Position numbers and translations under genes: made by a program. From positions 1 to 64,000 of the IMG/VR virus record IMGVR_UViG_3300022932_000017: 64,000 bases of DNA; one strand, 5' to 3'. Positions 1-8,841 of this stretch are shown one piece after another. Positions within the stretch are counted from its first letter, which is position 1. Every line of letters begins with the position of its first letter. This DNA comes from a virus. A model generated the notes under the pieces. The model was not told the origin of the DNA. It was given only the letters and a program-made list of their open reading frames with translations, and searched no databases.

Positions 1-141
1 ATGTATCGATAACAAAGAATCCTTCGCCTCCTTTATGCTTGCTAATGGGCTTGTAGATAGGAATCCTTTTGGGGACAATCAGCCTTATGTATCAATTTTC
101 GACACCCACTTAGATTCAGCATGTAACGTAAGACGAACTGA

Positions 142-474
142 ATGGCAAGAAGCCGAATCCAAAGTAAAAAAATATTTAATCTTAATTGTAGAGTAATGGA
201 AAAAATTGATTACAGAAAATACACCAAAGGAGATGTATTTTGGATAACCTTCACTAATGCCAATGATACATCATTATTAAGGCAACACGCTTACGTAGAC
301 ACTGATCCTAAAACCACCGACAAAGGGAATATATCTTTATGTAACAGGTATCATGGATGGAACGGGAACGAGGATGCAGATAACGCCTCTGATTTATATA
401 GAGGTGAATTGATGGATAAACATTGCTGCAAAATATGCAGGAAGATTTTTGATAAACTAAAGGAGGCAGAGTAA
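142..474 (+). CDS. Hypothetical phage protein (start possibly ATG at 196), C-terminal CCxxC
   Basis: ORF; stop overlaps next start (TAATG). Confidence 0.6.
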   Translation: MARSRIQSKKIFNLNCRVMEKIDYRKYTKGDVFWITFTNANDTSLLRQHAYVDTDPKTTDKGNISLCNRYHGWNGNEDADNASDLYRGELMDKHCCKICRKIFDKLKEAE

Positions 475-815
475 TGGAAAACGAACCGAAAATAACAGAG
501 GAACAAAGGATGTTAGCTATCATCGAAAATCAAGCGGATATTACAGGTTGGCACATAGGGGGAAATTCTACTATGAAAGCCATGATTTTCGCCTGCATGG
601 AAATATATGCTGATTACCGCCTATCAGCTTTAGAAGCAGCGAACCAGAAGCTAAGAGAAGCGTTGCAAATCATCGCTAACCCGATAAAACACTTACAAGA
701 TGAAGCCAAACACCAACGTTACAATTTAAATGGCGTTAATGCGGTAAAAATAGCTAACAGCGCAGATTATTTGAAAAGCATAGCAGAACAAGCACTAAAA
801 AAGGATAAGCTATGA
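474..815 (+). CDS. Hypothetical phage protein
   Basis: Overlapping stop/start coupling on both sides. Confidence 0.7.
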   Translation: MENEPKITEEQRMLAIIENQADITGWHIGGNSTMKAMIFACMEIYADYRLSALEAANQKLREALQIIANPIKHLQDEAKHQRYNLNGVNAVKIANSADYLKSIAEQALKKDKL

Positions 816-1240
816 AAAAATACATACGCAAGTGGGTGAAGGATGAAAAAAGACTTGTAAAACTATTCTTTCAAAAAGGCTTTATGGATAAGAATTGCCC
901 GCCTATTTCAGAATTATATTGGGAGGAATTCAGGCACGGAAATCGACAACGAAGAAGAAACGGTAAAGTATATGTGTTCTATGACTATTTGCCAGAAATA
1001 CATTACGGTACTTGTGATTATTGGGGCGAATATGATGATCATGCTTTGATCCCCGAAATGATTGAAGGAATTAGATGGGCTAATTTAGTTACTGAGCCAG
1101 ACTATGAACTTAACGGCGGATGGGGCACTTCAAATTTTGACGGTAAAAGCCGAGCATGGTTCATTAAGTATCTTAAAACACTGCCAACAGTTAACCGTTC
1201 ATCTGCAATAAACAGAATACTAAAGAGAACGCACAATTAG
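812..1240 (+). CDS. Hypothetical phage protein
   Basis: ATGA overlap, operon packing. Confidence 0.7.
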   Translation: MKKYIRKWVKDEKRLVKLFFQKGFMDKNCPPISELYWEEFRHGNRQRRRNGKVYVFYDYLPEIHYGTCDYWGEYDDHALIPEMIEGIRWANLVTEPDYELNGGWGTSNFDGKSRAWFIKYLKTLPTVNRSSAINRILKRTHN

Positions 1241-1242
1241 CC

Positions 1243-1626
1243 ATGAAAGACCAAATACAATTTGAAACCAACGGCGTTACCGTGTTGTCGGTGAAAGTGC
1301 CGGAGGGAACAGATTTAAGCTCAATAATTGTTACCGATTGGAATGCTTTGAGTTTTTACACTGGCGTTTCTCCAAATCACTGTACAGAAGAAATTAAATT
1401 ACCAGAAGGTGATTGGTCTATCCATGCAGTTACACCAGAGATCACAGAAGAGCAGGCAAAGCTTTTGGTTGAGTACGATAACGACAAGAGACTATTCAAA
1501 TGCTACGAACTAAAAGGAAACCTCTTTTTGTTTTATTATGCTTTAACCTCAATTTCTGGTCTTCTCCGCTCCCACGGCATAGACCCTAAACAGAAGAATG
1601 TATTATTAATTAACCGGAAGAAATGA
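1243..1626 (+). CDS. Hypothetical phage protein
   Basis: Operon packing. Confidence 0.7.
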   Translation: MKDQIQFETNGVTVLSVKVPEGTDLSSIIVTDWNALSFYTGVSPNHCTEEIKLPEGDWSIHAVTPEITEEQAKLLVEYDNDKRLFKCYELKGNLFLFYYALTSISGLLRSHGIDPKQKNVLLINRKK

Positions 1627-1820
1627 AAACTAAAATAAAAAAAGACTACAAGGTGACCCGAATTGTTGAGGAGTGTTTTTACACTGAAGCCAGTAGCAAA
1701 GAAGAAGCTGAAAAGATTGCAAGAGAAAGCAATGATCCATACATAGCAACAATAAAAAAGGTAAAAGTAGAGGTATACAAAGGCGATTAACCCCCATCCT
1801 ATAAACGATTTAAAACAAGA

Positions 1821-2021
1821 TTGAAAAATATGACTATCAAAGAATTAAAAGCAAAAATTAAAGACCTGCCGGATAACATGGATGTTATGATTGTGAAGTC
1901 TAACGACGAGTTTAAGTACTCATTGTGTGAAACGGCTAATACAGAAGAAGTCAACTTTGGAGAAGAACACGGCGTAGTGATGGCTACTGATGCATGCTTA
2001 GTTATTTCAGATGAAATTTAA
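1821..2021 (+). CDS. Small phage protein (MTIKELKAKIKDLPDNMDV type N-terminus; start probably 1830)
   Basis: Common phage N-terminal pattern. Confidence 0.65.
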   Translation: MKNMTIKELKAKIKDLPDNMDVMIVKSNDEFKYSLCETANTEEVNFGEEHGVVMATDACLVISDEI

Positions 2022-2031
2022 ACATTAAGTC

Positions 2032-2226
2032 ATGAAAATCACAGAAATTTTGACAGAAAATAACTACGAACAGTTTATGTATCTTGTTGATACAGGATAT
2101 AAGTTCCAAATAAGGAATCACGATCAAATAAGCTCCACTATGGATAAATCTGAATGGATTCAGATATATGGTGGCTATACTGTTCAAGAAGTCATTGACA
2201 GCCTAAATGAAGAAAGTAAATATTAA
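2032..2226 (+). CDS. Hypothetical phage protein
   Basis: ORF with AT-rich leader. Confidence 0.6.
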   Translation: MKITEILTENNYEQFMYLVDTGYKFQIRNHDQISSTMDKSEWIQIYGGYTVQEVIDSLNEESKY

Positions 2227-2237
2227 TCACAAATAAT

Positions 2238-2573
2238 ATGGAAGTAGACGAAGAACTTTTCAACAGAGTTGTTGGAGCATTAATATGCTTATCTATAACA
2301 GAACAATATACAGGCTATTTAGCAGAGGTATATAAGGAACGTAAGTCAAACTATATGGTAAACAAAATAACTGCCGTAGAGAAGAGCTGTAGCGCCTTAA
2401 TGAAGACTTTAAACTTTCATTTGGATACAACCATTCCAGAAGTAAAAGCTTTGGTAGAATTTAAAATGGACTTGATATACGAGAGTACAACCCTGTCTTA
2501 TGAAGACCAACATAAAGTATTAAATTTTGTAAACGAACTTAAAAAAGGAGAATTATGCACCCTAGCTCATTAA
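2238..2573 (+). CDS. Hypothetical phage protein
   Basis: ORF, operon packing. Confidence 0.65.
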   Translation: MEVDEELFNRVVGALICLSITEQYTGYLAEVYKERKSNYMVNKITAVEKSCSALMKTLNFHLDTTIPEVKALVEFKMDLIYESTTLSYEDQHKVLNFVNELKKGELCTLAH

Positions 2574-2923
2574 ACGTATTTCCAAGTACATTCATTGGAT
2601 TACCTAAATCAGATCAAAAGAAAATCAAAAAGAACATTGAGGATTATACTGCCGAAGAGATTGCCTCTATTGTATGTGAATCATTGAATATCCCTTTAGA
2701 ACTTATTTATACCCCCACACGCAAAAGGGAGGTGTCAGAGGCACGAACTATTGTTATTGGACTCATACTACGGAATAACCCTACTTATGGCTTAAAACGT
2801 CTAGGAAAGGTATTTGGCCGTGACCATTCAACAATCATCTATCAAAAAGACCTATTTGAGGACTTGTACGAGAAAAACAAGCTATTTACAGACAAGGTTG
2901 AACGGGTATTAATAGATTTATAA
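2555..2923 (+). CDS. Stand-alone DnaA C-terminal (domain IV) HTH-like protein
   Basis: TRKREVSEAR...LKRLGKVFGRDHSTII matches the DnaA domain IV pattern (R..EI..AR...IG..FGRDHTTV). Confidence 0.85.
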   Translation: MHPSSLNVFPSTFIGLPKSDQKKIKKNIEDYTAEEIASIVCESLNIPLELIYTPTRKREVSEARTIVIGLILRNNPTYGLKRLGKVFGRDHSTIIYQKDLFEDLYEKNKLFTDKVERVLIDL

Positions 2924-3093
2924 TGAAATTAGAAGATTTAACTATCGCTGACTTAAAGGCAATCCTTGATGAAGCACAGAGCATGAGCGTTCAGATTGAG
3001 AACGAAGGAAGATTAGGAGATTTTGAATATTGGTTTGACTTAGTAAACCGTACAGAGGAAGTATTACATTTAAAAATAAAACAACTTATATAA
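2923..3093 (+). CDS. Small hypothetical protein, 56 aa (MKLEDLTIADLK...), not in ORF track
   Basis: TAATG overlaps on both sides. Confidence 0.65.
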   Translation: MKLEDLTIADLKAILDEAQSMSVQIENEGRLGDFEYWFDLVNRTEEVLHLKIKQLI

Positions 3094-3533
3094 TGCAGGT
3101 AAAAATTAAAAAGCTAGTGTCGGAAGCAGTGATTCCGCATTATTCTAAAAAAGGCGATGTTGGACTGGACATTACAGCCACATCAAAAACATTAGATGAA
3201 TATGGCAACATAGTATATGGAACAGGACTCGCTTTTGAAATTCCTGACGAACATTTTATGATGTTGGTTCCCCGTAGTAGTAATTTTAAAACAGACCTAT
3301 TGCTAACAAATCACTGCGGAATAGTTGACAGTGGGTATAGGGGCGAGGTAATGTTTAAATATGCTGATTACCGTAAACATGGAGAAAGTTGGAACCCTAC
3401 AGAGGAATACGAAATTGGAGACCGTATAGGGCAGGCAATTATACTTCCTTATCCAACTATCACCTTCGTAGAAGTAGACGAGCTAAGCGACTCTGAAAGG
3501 GGTGCCGGAGGATATGGCAGCACAGGTAAATGA
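3093..3533 (+). CDS. dut: Trimeric dUTPase
   Basis: Motifs GLDI, PRSS, GIVDSGYRGE, GDRIGQ, RGAGGYGSTG. Confidence 0.97.
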   Translation: MQVKIKKLVSEAVIPHYSKKGDVGLDITATSKTLDEYGNIVYGTGLAFEIPDEHFMMLVPRSSNFKTDLLLTNHCGIVDSGYRGEVMFKYADYRKHGESWNPTEEYEIGDRIGQAIILPYPTITFVEVDELSDSERGAGGYGSTGK

Positions 3534-3730
3534 GAACCTACTTTAACGAGTCAGGAATAGAGATAACAGAAAGAAGTTACACAGAATATAAAAAGAAAAG
3601 ACAAATGGAACTTACCTACACAAGATGCTCATGCTGCGGACAGATGAACGACTGCATGGCTGTATTAAATGGCTTTCTATGCCAAGAATGTTATGATGAA
3701 AACGTAGAAGACGAAGATGATGAAGATTAA
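3530..3730 (+). CDS. Small Zn-finger-like protein
   Basis: CSCCG...CQEC. Confidence 0.6.
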   Translation: MRTYFNESGIEITERSYTEYKKKRQMELTYTRCSCCGQMNDCMAVLNGFLCQECYDENVEDEDDED

Positions 3731-3865
3731 CGAAGTTGAACTCAAAGAACAAATAGAGGAAATAATCAGTCAAGGCGCTATGTACTGCGAAGAGATAGAT
3801 ATTACCACCCAAAAGGTAATGAATGCGTTAGAGCCTCTTATTTTAGCTGTAAAAGAACTTAAATC

Positions 3866-4141
3866 ATGAAGAAGATAAATTTAAACTGTCAGGGCTGTAA
3901 CACTGTTCATGCCCTAGACAAAACACCTGAAATTCCCGCACATATATTTTTTATGAAATGTAATTGGTGTCCTAATTGCGAGGATACAGCACAAGGTTAT
4001 TATGAAGAATGGTGGGACGAAGATGATAACGAAGCTAAAGTAAAAACAGTTGAACCAGACCCCGTAAATCAACTATGTATGCCGTTTATTATTGACGAGA
4101 TGGGAGTTGTACTTAAAGAGAGTGTAAATGAAGGACAATAG
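3866..4141 (+). CDS. Zn-ribbon-like protein
   Basis: CQGC...CNWCPNC. Confidence 0.6.
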   Translation: MKKINLNCQGCNTVHALDKTPEIPAHIFFMKCNWCPNCEDTAQGYYEEWWDEDDNEAKVKTVEPDPVNQLCMPFIIDEMGVVLKESVNEGQ

Positions 4142-4430
4142 CATTTTAGACGTTTACGAAACCGTTAGATTAATCGGCATTAACAAGCCAGACTATGACC
4201 CCGATAAGAGACCTTTTCTAGATGCCGTTTATCTCTTCGCTAATGGACTTAAATACTGTCCGGCAGTAAATAGTGCTGTAATCATTAGACGCTTAGAGAG
4301 AGAGATTAAAGAGGCTAAATTGTATAACGACGATTTAAAGGAAGATATGAAGGTGTTAAGGGGGAGAATAGCTAAATTTAAAAAACAACAAAATGAACAT
4401 ATTCAATTTATTCAGAAAGAAAAAGCCTAA
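4128..4430 (+). CDS. Hypothetical protein with C-terminal coiled coil
   Basis: ORF, operon packing. Confidence 0.6.
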   Translation: MKDNSILDVYETVRLIGINKPDYDPDKRPFLDAVYLFANGLKYCPAVNSAVIIRRLEREIKEAKLYNDDLKEDMKVLRGRIAKFKKQQNEHIQFIQKEKA

Positions 4431-4548
4431 AGAGGAACCAAAACCAAGGAAGCCTTTTTACCCAAACAATGCAAATAGGTATAGAGATAATCCTTATCCA
4501 CAATTAAGCGACAGTGGGAGTTCAGATTGCGGAAGCAGTTGTGATTAA
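4393..4548 (+). CDS. 51-aa peptide ending SDSGSSDCGSSCD, not in ORF track
   Basis: Manual translation; last + strand ORF before the hairpin at 4551. Confidence 0.5.
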   Translation: MNIFNLFRKKKPKEEPKPRKPFYPNNANRYRDNPYPQLSDSGSSDCGSSCD

Positions 4549-4550
4549 GC

Positions 4551-4583
4551 AAAAAAGCCCTGCTAGATTACTCCGGCAGGGCT
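4551..4583 (-). terminator. Intrinsic terminator at the convergence of the two arms
   Basis: AGCCCTGC/GCAGGGCT stem with A6 tract on the left. Confidence 0.75.
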
Positions 4584-4602
4584 ACATATTAGAAAAACAA
4601 TC

Positions 4603-5250
4603 TTACAAAAACGGAATCTTAATCCCGAACTTCAATATCAAATATACTATAATCAATCCACCTAATCCTAGAAGCCAATATAAGCGTGTCTGCGCTATTT
4701 CCTTCCACTTATCCCTATCAACCTTCATCTCGTTATAATCTTTCGTTACATAGGCTAATTTTAGCTCTAAACTCTTCACCTTAGCGGTATTCTCTCTGTA
4801 TACAGTATTAGTCACATACAACGTATCCGGTTCACATGGCTTATATGCCTTTCTTAAAGCATCTACCTGCACCTTTAACCTACCTATTTCACCTCTATAC
4901 TTCTTTCCTATCTCACTAGTATCTGCAATAGACCTGTTTTCAACCTCTTTTAAATCCTCTGATAGACTATCTATCTTTGAGGTGTAGTTTTGGTTGTTTG
5001 CAGGAAGATATTGGATTACAGGCTTTCCTATACTGTCTTTTGGAGGATAGACTTTAGCGCAAAAGTTTGCAAAGCTATCAGGATGCTCATAAGCAACTGC
5101 TTGTGCTTTCCTAATCTTACGCTCAACCGAACAACTTCCCATCATTGCAATCAAAATAATCAATAACAATATCACTCCATAGCCTAAGAACAAAGTCCAT
5201 ATTGGATTCCTGTGTTTAGGCTCTTCATCTTCTGTGTGATTAAATACCAT
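4603..5250 (-). CDS. Putative spanin with unimolecular topology
   Basis: Hydrophobic segment ending in lipobox-like MGS-C, coiled coil, C-terminal TM; follows endolysin and holin. Confidence 0.65.
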   Translation of the reverse strand: MVFNHTEDEEPKHRNPIWTLFLGYGVILLLIILIAMMGSCSVERKIRKAQAVAYEHPDSFANFCAKVYPPKDSIGKPVIQYLPANNQNYTSKIDSLSEDLKEVENRSIADTSEIGKKYRGEIGRLKVQVDALRKAYKPCEPDTLYVTNTVYRENTAKVKSLELKLAYVTKDYNEMKVDRDKWKEIAQTRLYWLLGLGGLIIVYLILKFGIKIPFL

Positions 5251-5530
5251 TGTCTGTTGATTTAGTTACATTAATATCTCCTGTAGTAGTAGTAGCTGTT
5301 GGTGTGCTCATACTAGCATTTATTGTATCATCTTTCTTAGCCGCTCCTGAACTATATCCGAAGTAATACCCCGTAGCTACACCAAATCCACTCGCTACAG
5401 CTATTAAAACCTGTGATACCGCATTACTATCCGTTTGGTATTTAAAAAGTATTATAATGAATATTGTGTATGTCATAGCGACTATTAAAAGTGCTAAGAT
5501 TGATTTTATGTTGTCTGTTATCTGTTTCAT
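5240..5530 (-). CDS. Putative holin (2 TM)
   Basis: Two hydrophobic helices, YYFGYSS motif, adjacent to endolysin. Confidence 0.7.
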   Translation of the reverse strand: MKQITDNIKSILALLIVAMTYTIFIIILFKYQTDSNAVSQVLIAVASGFGVATGYYFGYSSGAAKKDDTINASMSTPTATTTTGDINVTKSTDNGI

Positions 5531-5533
5531 GGT

Positions 5534-5953
5534 TTATTTTTTAAGTTCAAAATGTGGATAATCCTTGAATGTTTTCCATCCACCGCCCCAATCTACTTTA
5601 ATTCCCATACACTTTGCAGTAGCCAAAATATGAGCAGAGATGATTCTAAGGTTAGTTACATCGTTATACTGAACCTTACCATTTACATACGGATACAAAT
5701 CTACCGCCCAACCATATCCATCACTTTTTATTTGATGATTAGACTTGTTTTTAACCCCGTCAGCATTAGTCACTATCTCTCCGGCAGTAGTACGACCTTT
5801 AGCATATAATGATTGTTGATATGCCGTTGTACGAGTGCCCTGATCAATAGTGAAATCTACAGGAGTATCTATGATTGCTTTTTTAAGTACTTTGACTAGG
5901 TCAGGATGTACACCCTCTAATTTAGCTAAACTTGCTTTCCCAAATGCTGCCAT
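5534..5953 (-). CDS. Endolysin, M15 family L-Ala-D-Glu-type peptidase
   Basis: GVHPDL, QSLYAKGRT, SNH...AVD, DYPHFEL zinc-ligand motifs. Confidence 0.93.
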   Translation of the reverse strand: MAAFGKASLAKLEGVHPDLVKVLKKAIIDTPVDFTIDQGTRTTAYQQSLYAKGRTTAGEIVTNADGVKNKSNHQIKSDGYGWAVDLYPYVNGKVQYNDVTNLRIISAHILATAKCMGIKVDWGGGWKTFKDYPHFELKK

Positions 5954-5965
5954 GATGTTATTTAT

Positions 5966-6595
5966 TTAAATTAAACTTTCTAATTTTTGTCCTTTTTCTC
6001 TTATTTTTCTATGAAATGTTCTATATGACATACTGCCATTTTCACCAATACATTCATCAAACCATTTGTGTAATGATTGAGTTTTACCATTATAAGTTAG
6101 ATATACATTTGTAGTCATGTTATTCATCTGCTCCTTTGCATACGACCACCTGCAATTTGAAGGTTCATAGTCTCCGTTAACATCTATTCGATCTATGGAT
6201 GTTAAATTGTCGGGTCGTCTCCCCATATCTTTAAGAAAATTATCATAATTATCTAACCACCTGCTGCACACTTTTATTCCTCTCGCTCCATATCGATAAT
6301 ATTTATTACTATTTACATTATAACATCTATTTTTCATTGCAACCCAAGCCCTAAATTCTATAGTCTTGCAATCCCCATGTTTTGTTATAGATTTAAGTAA
6401 AGCATCTGCACGAGTACATCCGCAACTAAATGTATTTTTAATACCGCTCGCCTGTACCTCTATTGTATTCCCACACTCACATAAACAATTCCAATATGAT
6501 ACTTTTCTTTTTGAAACACTTCTAATTCTAGTCGGCGCTTTACTTATAACCGTCAGCTTCCCTGATACTAACCCTATCCTATTAATTTCTCTCAT
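5966..6595 (-). CDS. Free-standing HNH homing endonuclease
   Basis: WNCLCECG, SCGC, MKNRC, YGARGI, SIDRIDVNGDYEPSNCRW. Confidence 0.9.
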   Translation of the reverse strand: MREINRIGLVSGKLTVISKAPTRIRSVSKRKVSYWNCLCECGNTIEVQASGIKNTFSCGCTRADALLKSITKHGDCKTIEFRAWVAMKNRCYNVNSNKYYRYGARGIKVCSRWLDNYDNFLKDMGRRPDNLTSIDRIDVNGDYEPSNCRWSYAKEQMNNMTTNVYLTYNGKTQSLHKWFDECIGENGSMSYRTFHRKIREKGQKLESLI

Positions 6596-6600
6596 AATAT

Positions 6601-6666
6601 TTAGCTTGGTCTATACGTGACTTGCTTGCCGTCATTACCGTATAGAAAATGATTTATAACCTTCAT
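6601..6666 (-). pseudogene. 21-aa ORF MKVINHFLYGNDGKQVTYRPS, possible relic 5' end of an amidase endolysin
   Basis: First ATG after promoter at 6684; resembles recalled N-termini of Amidase_2 endolysins. Confidence 0.4.
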
Positions 6667-6683
6667 AATATCTTTTGTTTATT

Positions 6684-6691
6684 CAAAGGTA
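6684..6691 (-). promoter_or_regulatory. Bacteroidota -7 promoter element (TACCTTTG) for the HNH/lysis unit
   Basis: Matches TAnnTTTG, intergenic, just downstream of a terminator. Confidence 0.7.
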
Positions 6692-6719
6692 ATGACTATC
6701 AATCAATTTGCCTAGAAAC

Positions 6720-6750
6720 AAAAAAGGATGCACCATCCGGCAACATCCTT
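6720..6750 (-). terminator. Intrinsic terminator
   Basis: AAGGATG/CATCCTT stem with T tract on the minus strand. Confidence 0.7.
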
Positions 6751-6780
6751 TACTAAACTAAACGCTCTCACACGTATCTT

Positions 6781-7146
6781 TTATTCCTTTATATCGCTTA
6801 TTTTCTTAAATAACCACCTGTATGTATTGTATATAGCGAGCCATAAGGCAATATTAATAAAAAGTGATGCTTCTGGTCGTACAAACATTTTATTCTGTCT
6901 GAACGGCTCTATTAGAAGCAATATGGTAGGACACAATGACATTATCAATAAAATACACCAATGATATTCTTTATGCTCTCTAAGCCAATCTCTATAGCAT
7001 CTGTTACGCCTAAACCACGCATTAACAGTAATGTGATAAATGCCGTAACCATTAAATCTAACTTGAGAAACAAACCTTGTTGCCAAGTACACTAGCCCTA
7101 TCATTAGGCATATTAATACAAATCCTGAAAACTGCGCTAAACTCAT
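6781..7146 (-). CDS. Membrane protein (about 3 TM)
   Basis: Hydrophobic helices; ATGA overlap. Confidence 0.7.
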   Translation of the reverse strand: MSLAQFSGFVLICLMIGLVYLATRFVSQVRFNGYGIYHITVNAWFRRNRCYRDWLREHKEYHWCILLIMSLCPTILLLIEPFRQNKMFVRPEASLFINIALWLAIYNTYRWLFKKISDIKE

Positions 7147-7598
7147 AAAATATCCTCCGATTTAGGTTCCGGTGCCGTGGGTGGTGTCTGATTCACCGGA
7201 GCACTTTCAACCGCAATTAACTTGCCTAACTTTATTCTTAACCAAGATTTAAAGCCCACCTGAAATACTTCTTCAAATTGACTAACCATAAACACAGCAA
7301 AAAGTGAGTTAATAAATAGATATATCTCAAATCCTCGTGTGTAATTTAAAAATGTATTCCAAACTAGAATCATAAAAAAACTCCAAGATATAGTGTATAT
7401 AGATTGGTACAATAAAGCAGACCATGTAAGTTTATGCTTCTTATGCTCCATACCTAACCTTAAAACAAACGCTAAAGCAATACATAAAGAGTACCATGCC
7501 CACACCATAGGGTCTACATGAGCCGCCAATGGTAAAGCAATAACATTAAGTATGACAAATTCTCCGGTGGCTGTGACTATTTTCATTACTACATTCAT
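7143..7598 (-). CDS. Membrane protein (about 4 TM), holin-like
   Basis: Hydrophobic helices, hydrophilic tail. Confidence 0.7.
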   Translation of the reverse strand: MNVVMKIVTATGEFVILNVIALPLAAHVDPMVWAWYSLCIALAFVLRLGMEHKKHKLTWSALLYQSIYTISWSFFMILVWNTFLNYTRGFEIYLFINSLFAVFMVSQFEEVFQVGFKSWLRIKLGKLIAVESAPVNQTPPTAPEPKSEDIL

Positions 7599-7933
7599 GA
7601 TTTTGATAAAGCAAAGTGAACCATTAAAACTAAAAAGCCTATACCTGTCACGTAAGCGAAAATATCAGTATTGTAGATAGCAAATCCCTTGCCCCGAATC
7701 ATACAACATAAAATATACAAGCAATTAGCTAAAGAAAGCCATTTCACATAAACAAATAACAACCGCTCTATTTCTAAATTATCATATTTGTCCTCATTTA
7801 AGTAACACAGATAACAGATAAAAGCTGATTGGGTGATTAAGTTAACACCTCCCCAAAAGTAGCTAGAATCAGCTATTGGCGTTAAATAAAGCGTAGACAG
7901 AAAGACATAAAGAAATATAACGGTTGTCTTCAT
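7595..7933 (-). CDS. Membrane protein (about 4 TM)
   Basis: Hydrophobic helices. Confidence 0.7.
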   Translation of the reverse strand: MKTTVIFLYVFLSTLYLTPIADSSYFWGGVNLITQSAFICYLCYLNEDKYDNLEIERLLFVYVKWLSLANCLYILCCMIRGKGFAIYNTDIFAYVTGIGFLVLMVHFALSKS

Positions 7934-7934
7934 A

Positions 7935-8042
7935 CTACTTGGATTTTTTAGTAGATGGTTTTACAGGGTGTTCTTTTTTCGCAGGAGGCGCTTTCTGTTG
8001 CGGCTTGCGAGGGTCTGGCTTAATAGGCGAGTTGTCTGGCAT
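7935..8042 (-). CDS. 35-aa Pro/Lys-rich peptide MPDNSPIKPDPRKPQQKAPPAKKEHPVKPSTKKSK, not in ORF track
   Basis: Fills the gap; stop lies 1 nt before the next ATG. Confidence 0.55.
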   Translation of the reverse strand: MPDNSPIKPDPRKPQQKAPPAKKEHPVKPSTKKSK

Positions 8043-8076
8043 AATTCATATATATTAAGCAGTAAAAGTAATAAAA

Positions 8077-8775
8077 TTATAAACAAAATCTTTTATACAC
8101 ATCATCCATTGTGGCACCATCTCTCCTAATCATCCTATACAACTTACTGTAATCGCACCCTATTTTTACCGCCCACTGTTTTATACTCAATTTAAAACCT
8201 TTATATTCAATAATTACTGATTGTCTTTTGTTGTTGGTCTGTAACTCGTCATTAGCCCATCTAACATTCCCGGGCTCGTAATTACCATCCACATTTATTC
8301 TATCTATAGAGTTCATGTTTTCAGGTCTCCGTCCTATGTAATCTAAAAATTTAGTATAATCATCCTCCCATTCTTTAAATACCTTTATGCCTCTGCCTCC
8401 ATAAGATTCGTATTTACAATGATTTTTTCTATTACATCTAGCTTTTATAGAACACCACGTCCTATACTCTATACTTTTTGAATCATTATGAGTTCTATGG
8501 GAACCTAATAGTCGTATACAACCACAACTTTTTTGTTTCCCTATTCGTTGTGTAGGTATCTCTACGGTTTTACCACAGTCACATTCGCATAACCAATATA
8601 TTTTTTTCTCTTTGCACTTATCCTTGTCTAAGAATCCTATTTGGCTTATGACTGTTAATTTATTAAATTTCATGCCAATCCTATTATTATTAGGCACCAA
8701 ACCTTTGTTTACTCTAATGTATTTTCCTCGTTCTATCATAGTGTAAATATAGATTATTTTTATCTGTTCTGACAT
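8077..8775 (-). CDS. Free-standing HNH homing endonuclease, paralog of 5966-6595 (start probably 8739)
   Basis: WLCECDCG, SCGC, IKARC, YGGRGI, SIDRINVDGNYEPGNVRW. Confidence 0.9.
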   Translation of the reverse strand: MSEQIKIIYIYTMIERGKYIRVNKGLVPNNNRIGMKFNKLTVISQIGFLDKDKCKEKKIYWLCECDCGKTVEIPTQRIGKQKSCGCIRLLGSHRTHNDSKSIEYRTWCSIKARCNRKNHCKYESYGGRGIKVFKEWEDDYTKFLDYIGRRPENMNSIDRINVDGNYEPGNVRWANDELQTNNKRQSVIIEYKGFKLSIKQWAVKIGCDYSKLYRMIRRDGATMDDVYKRFCL

Positions 8776-8793
8776 TAAAGTTACACCGAAATC

Positions 8794-8824
8794 AAAAAAG
8801 CCTCACAACTTACGCTATGAGGCT
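8794..8824 (-). terminator. Intrinsic terminator ending the fibre block
   Basis: AGCCTCA/TGAGGCT stem plus T6. Confidence 0.7.
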
Positions 8825-8841
8825 AAACAATAGATAGAGGA

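Noticed and set aside
5966-8775. HNH genes as intron-encoded ORFs
   Set aside because: Flanking genes are complete and gaps are too short for intron cores
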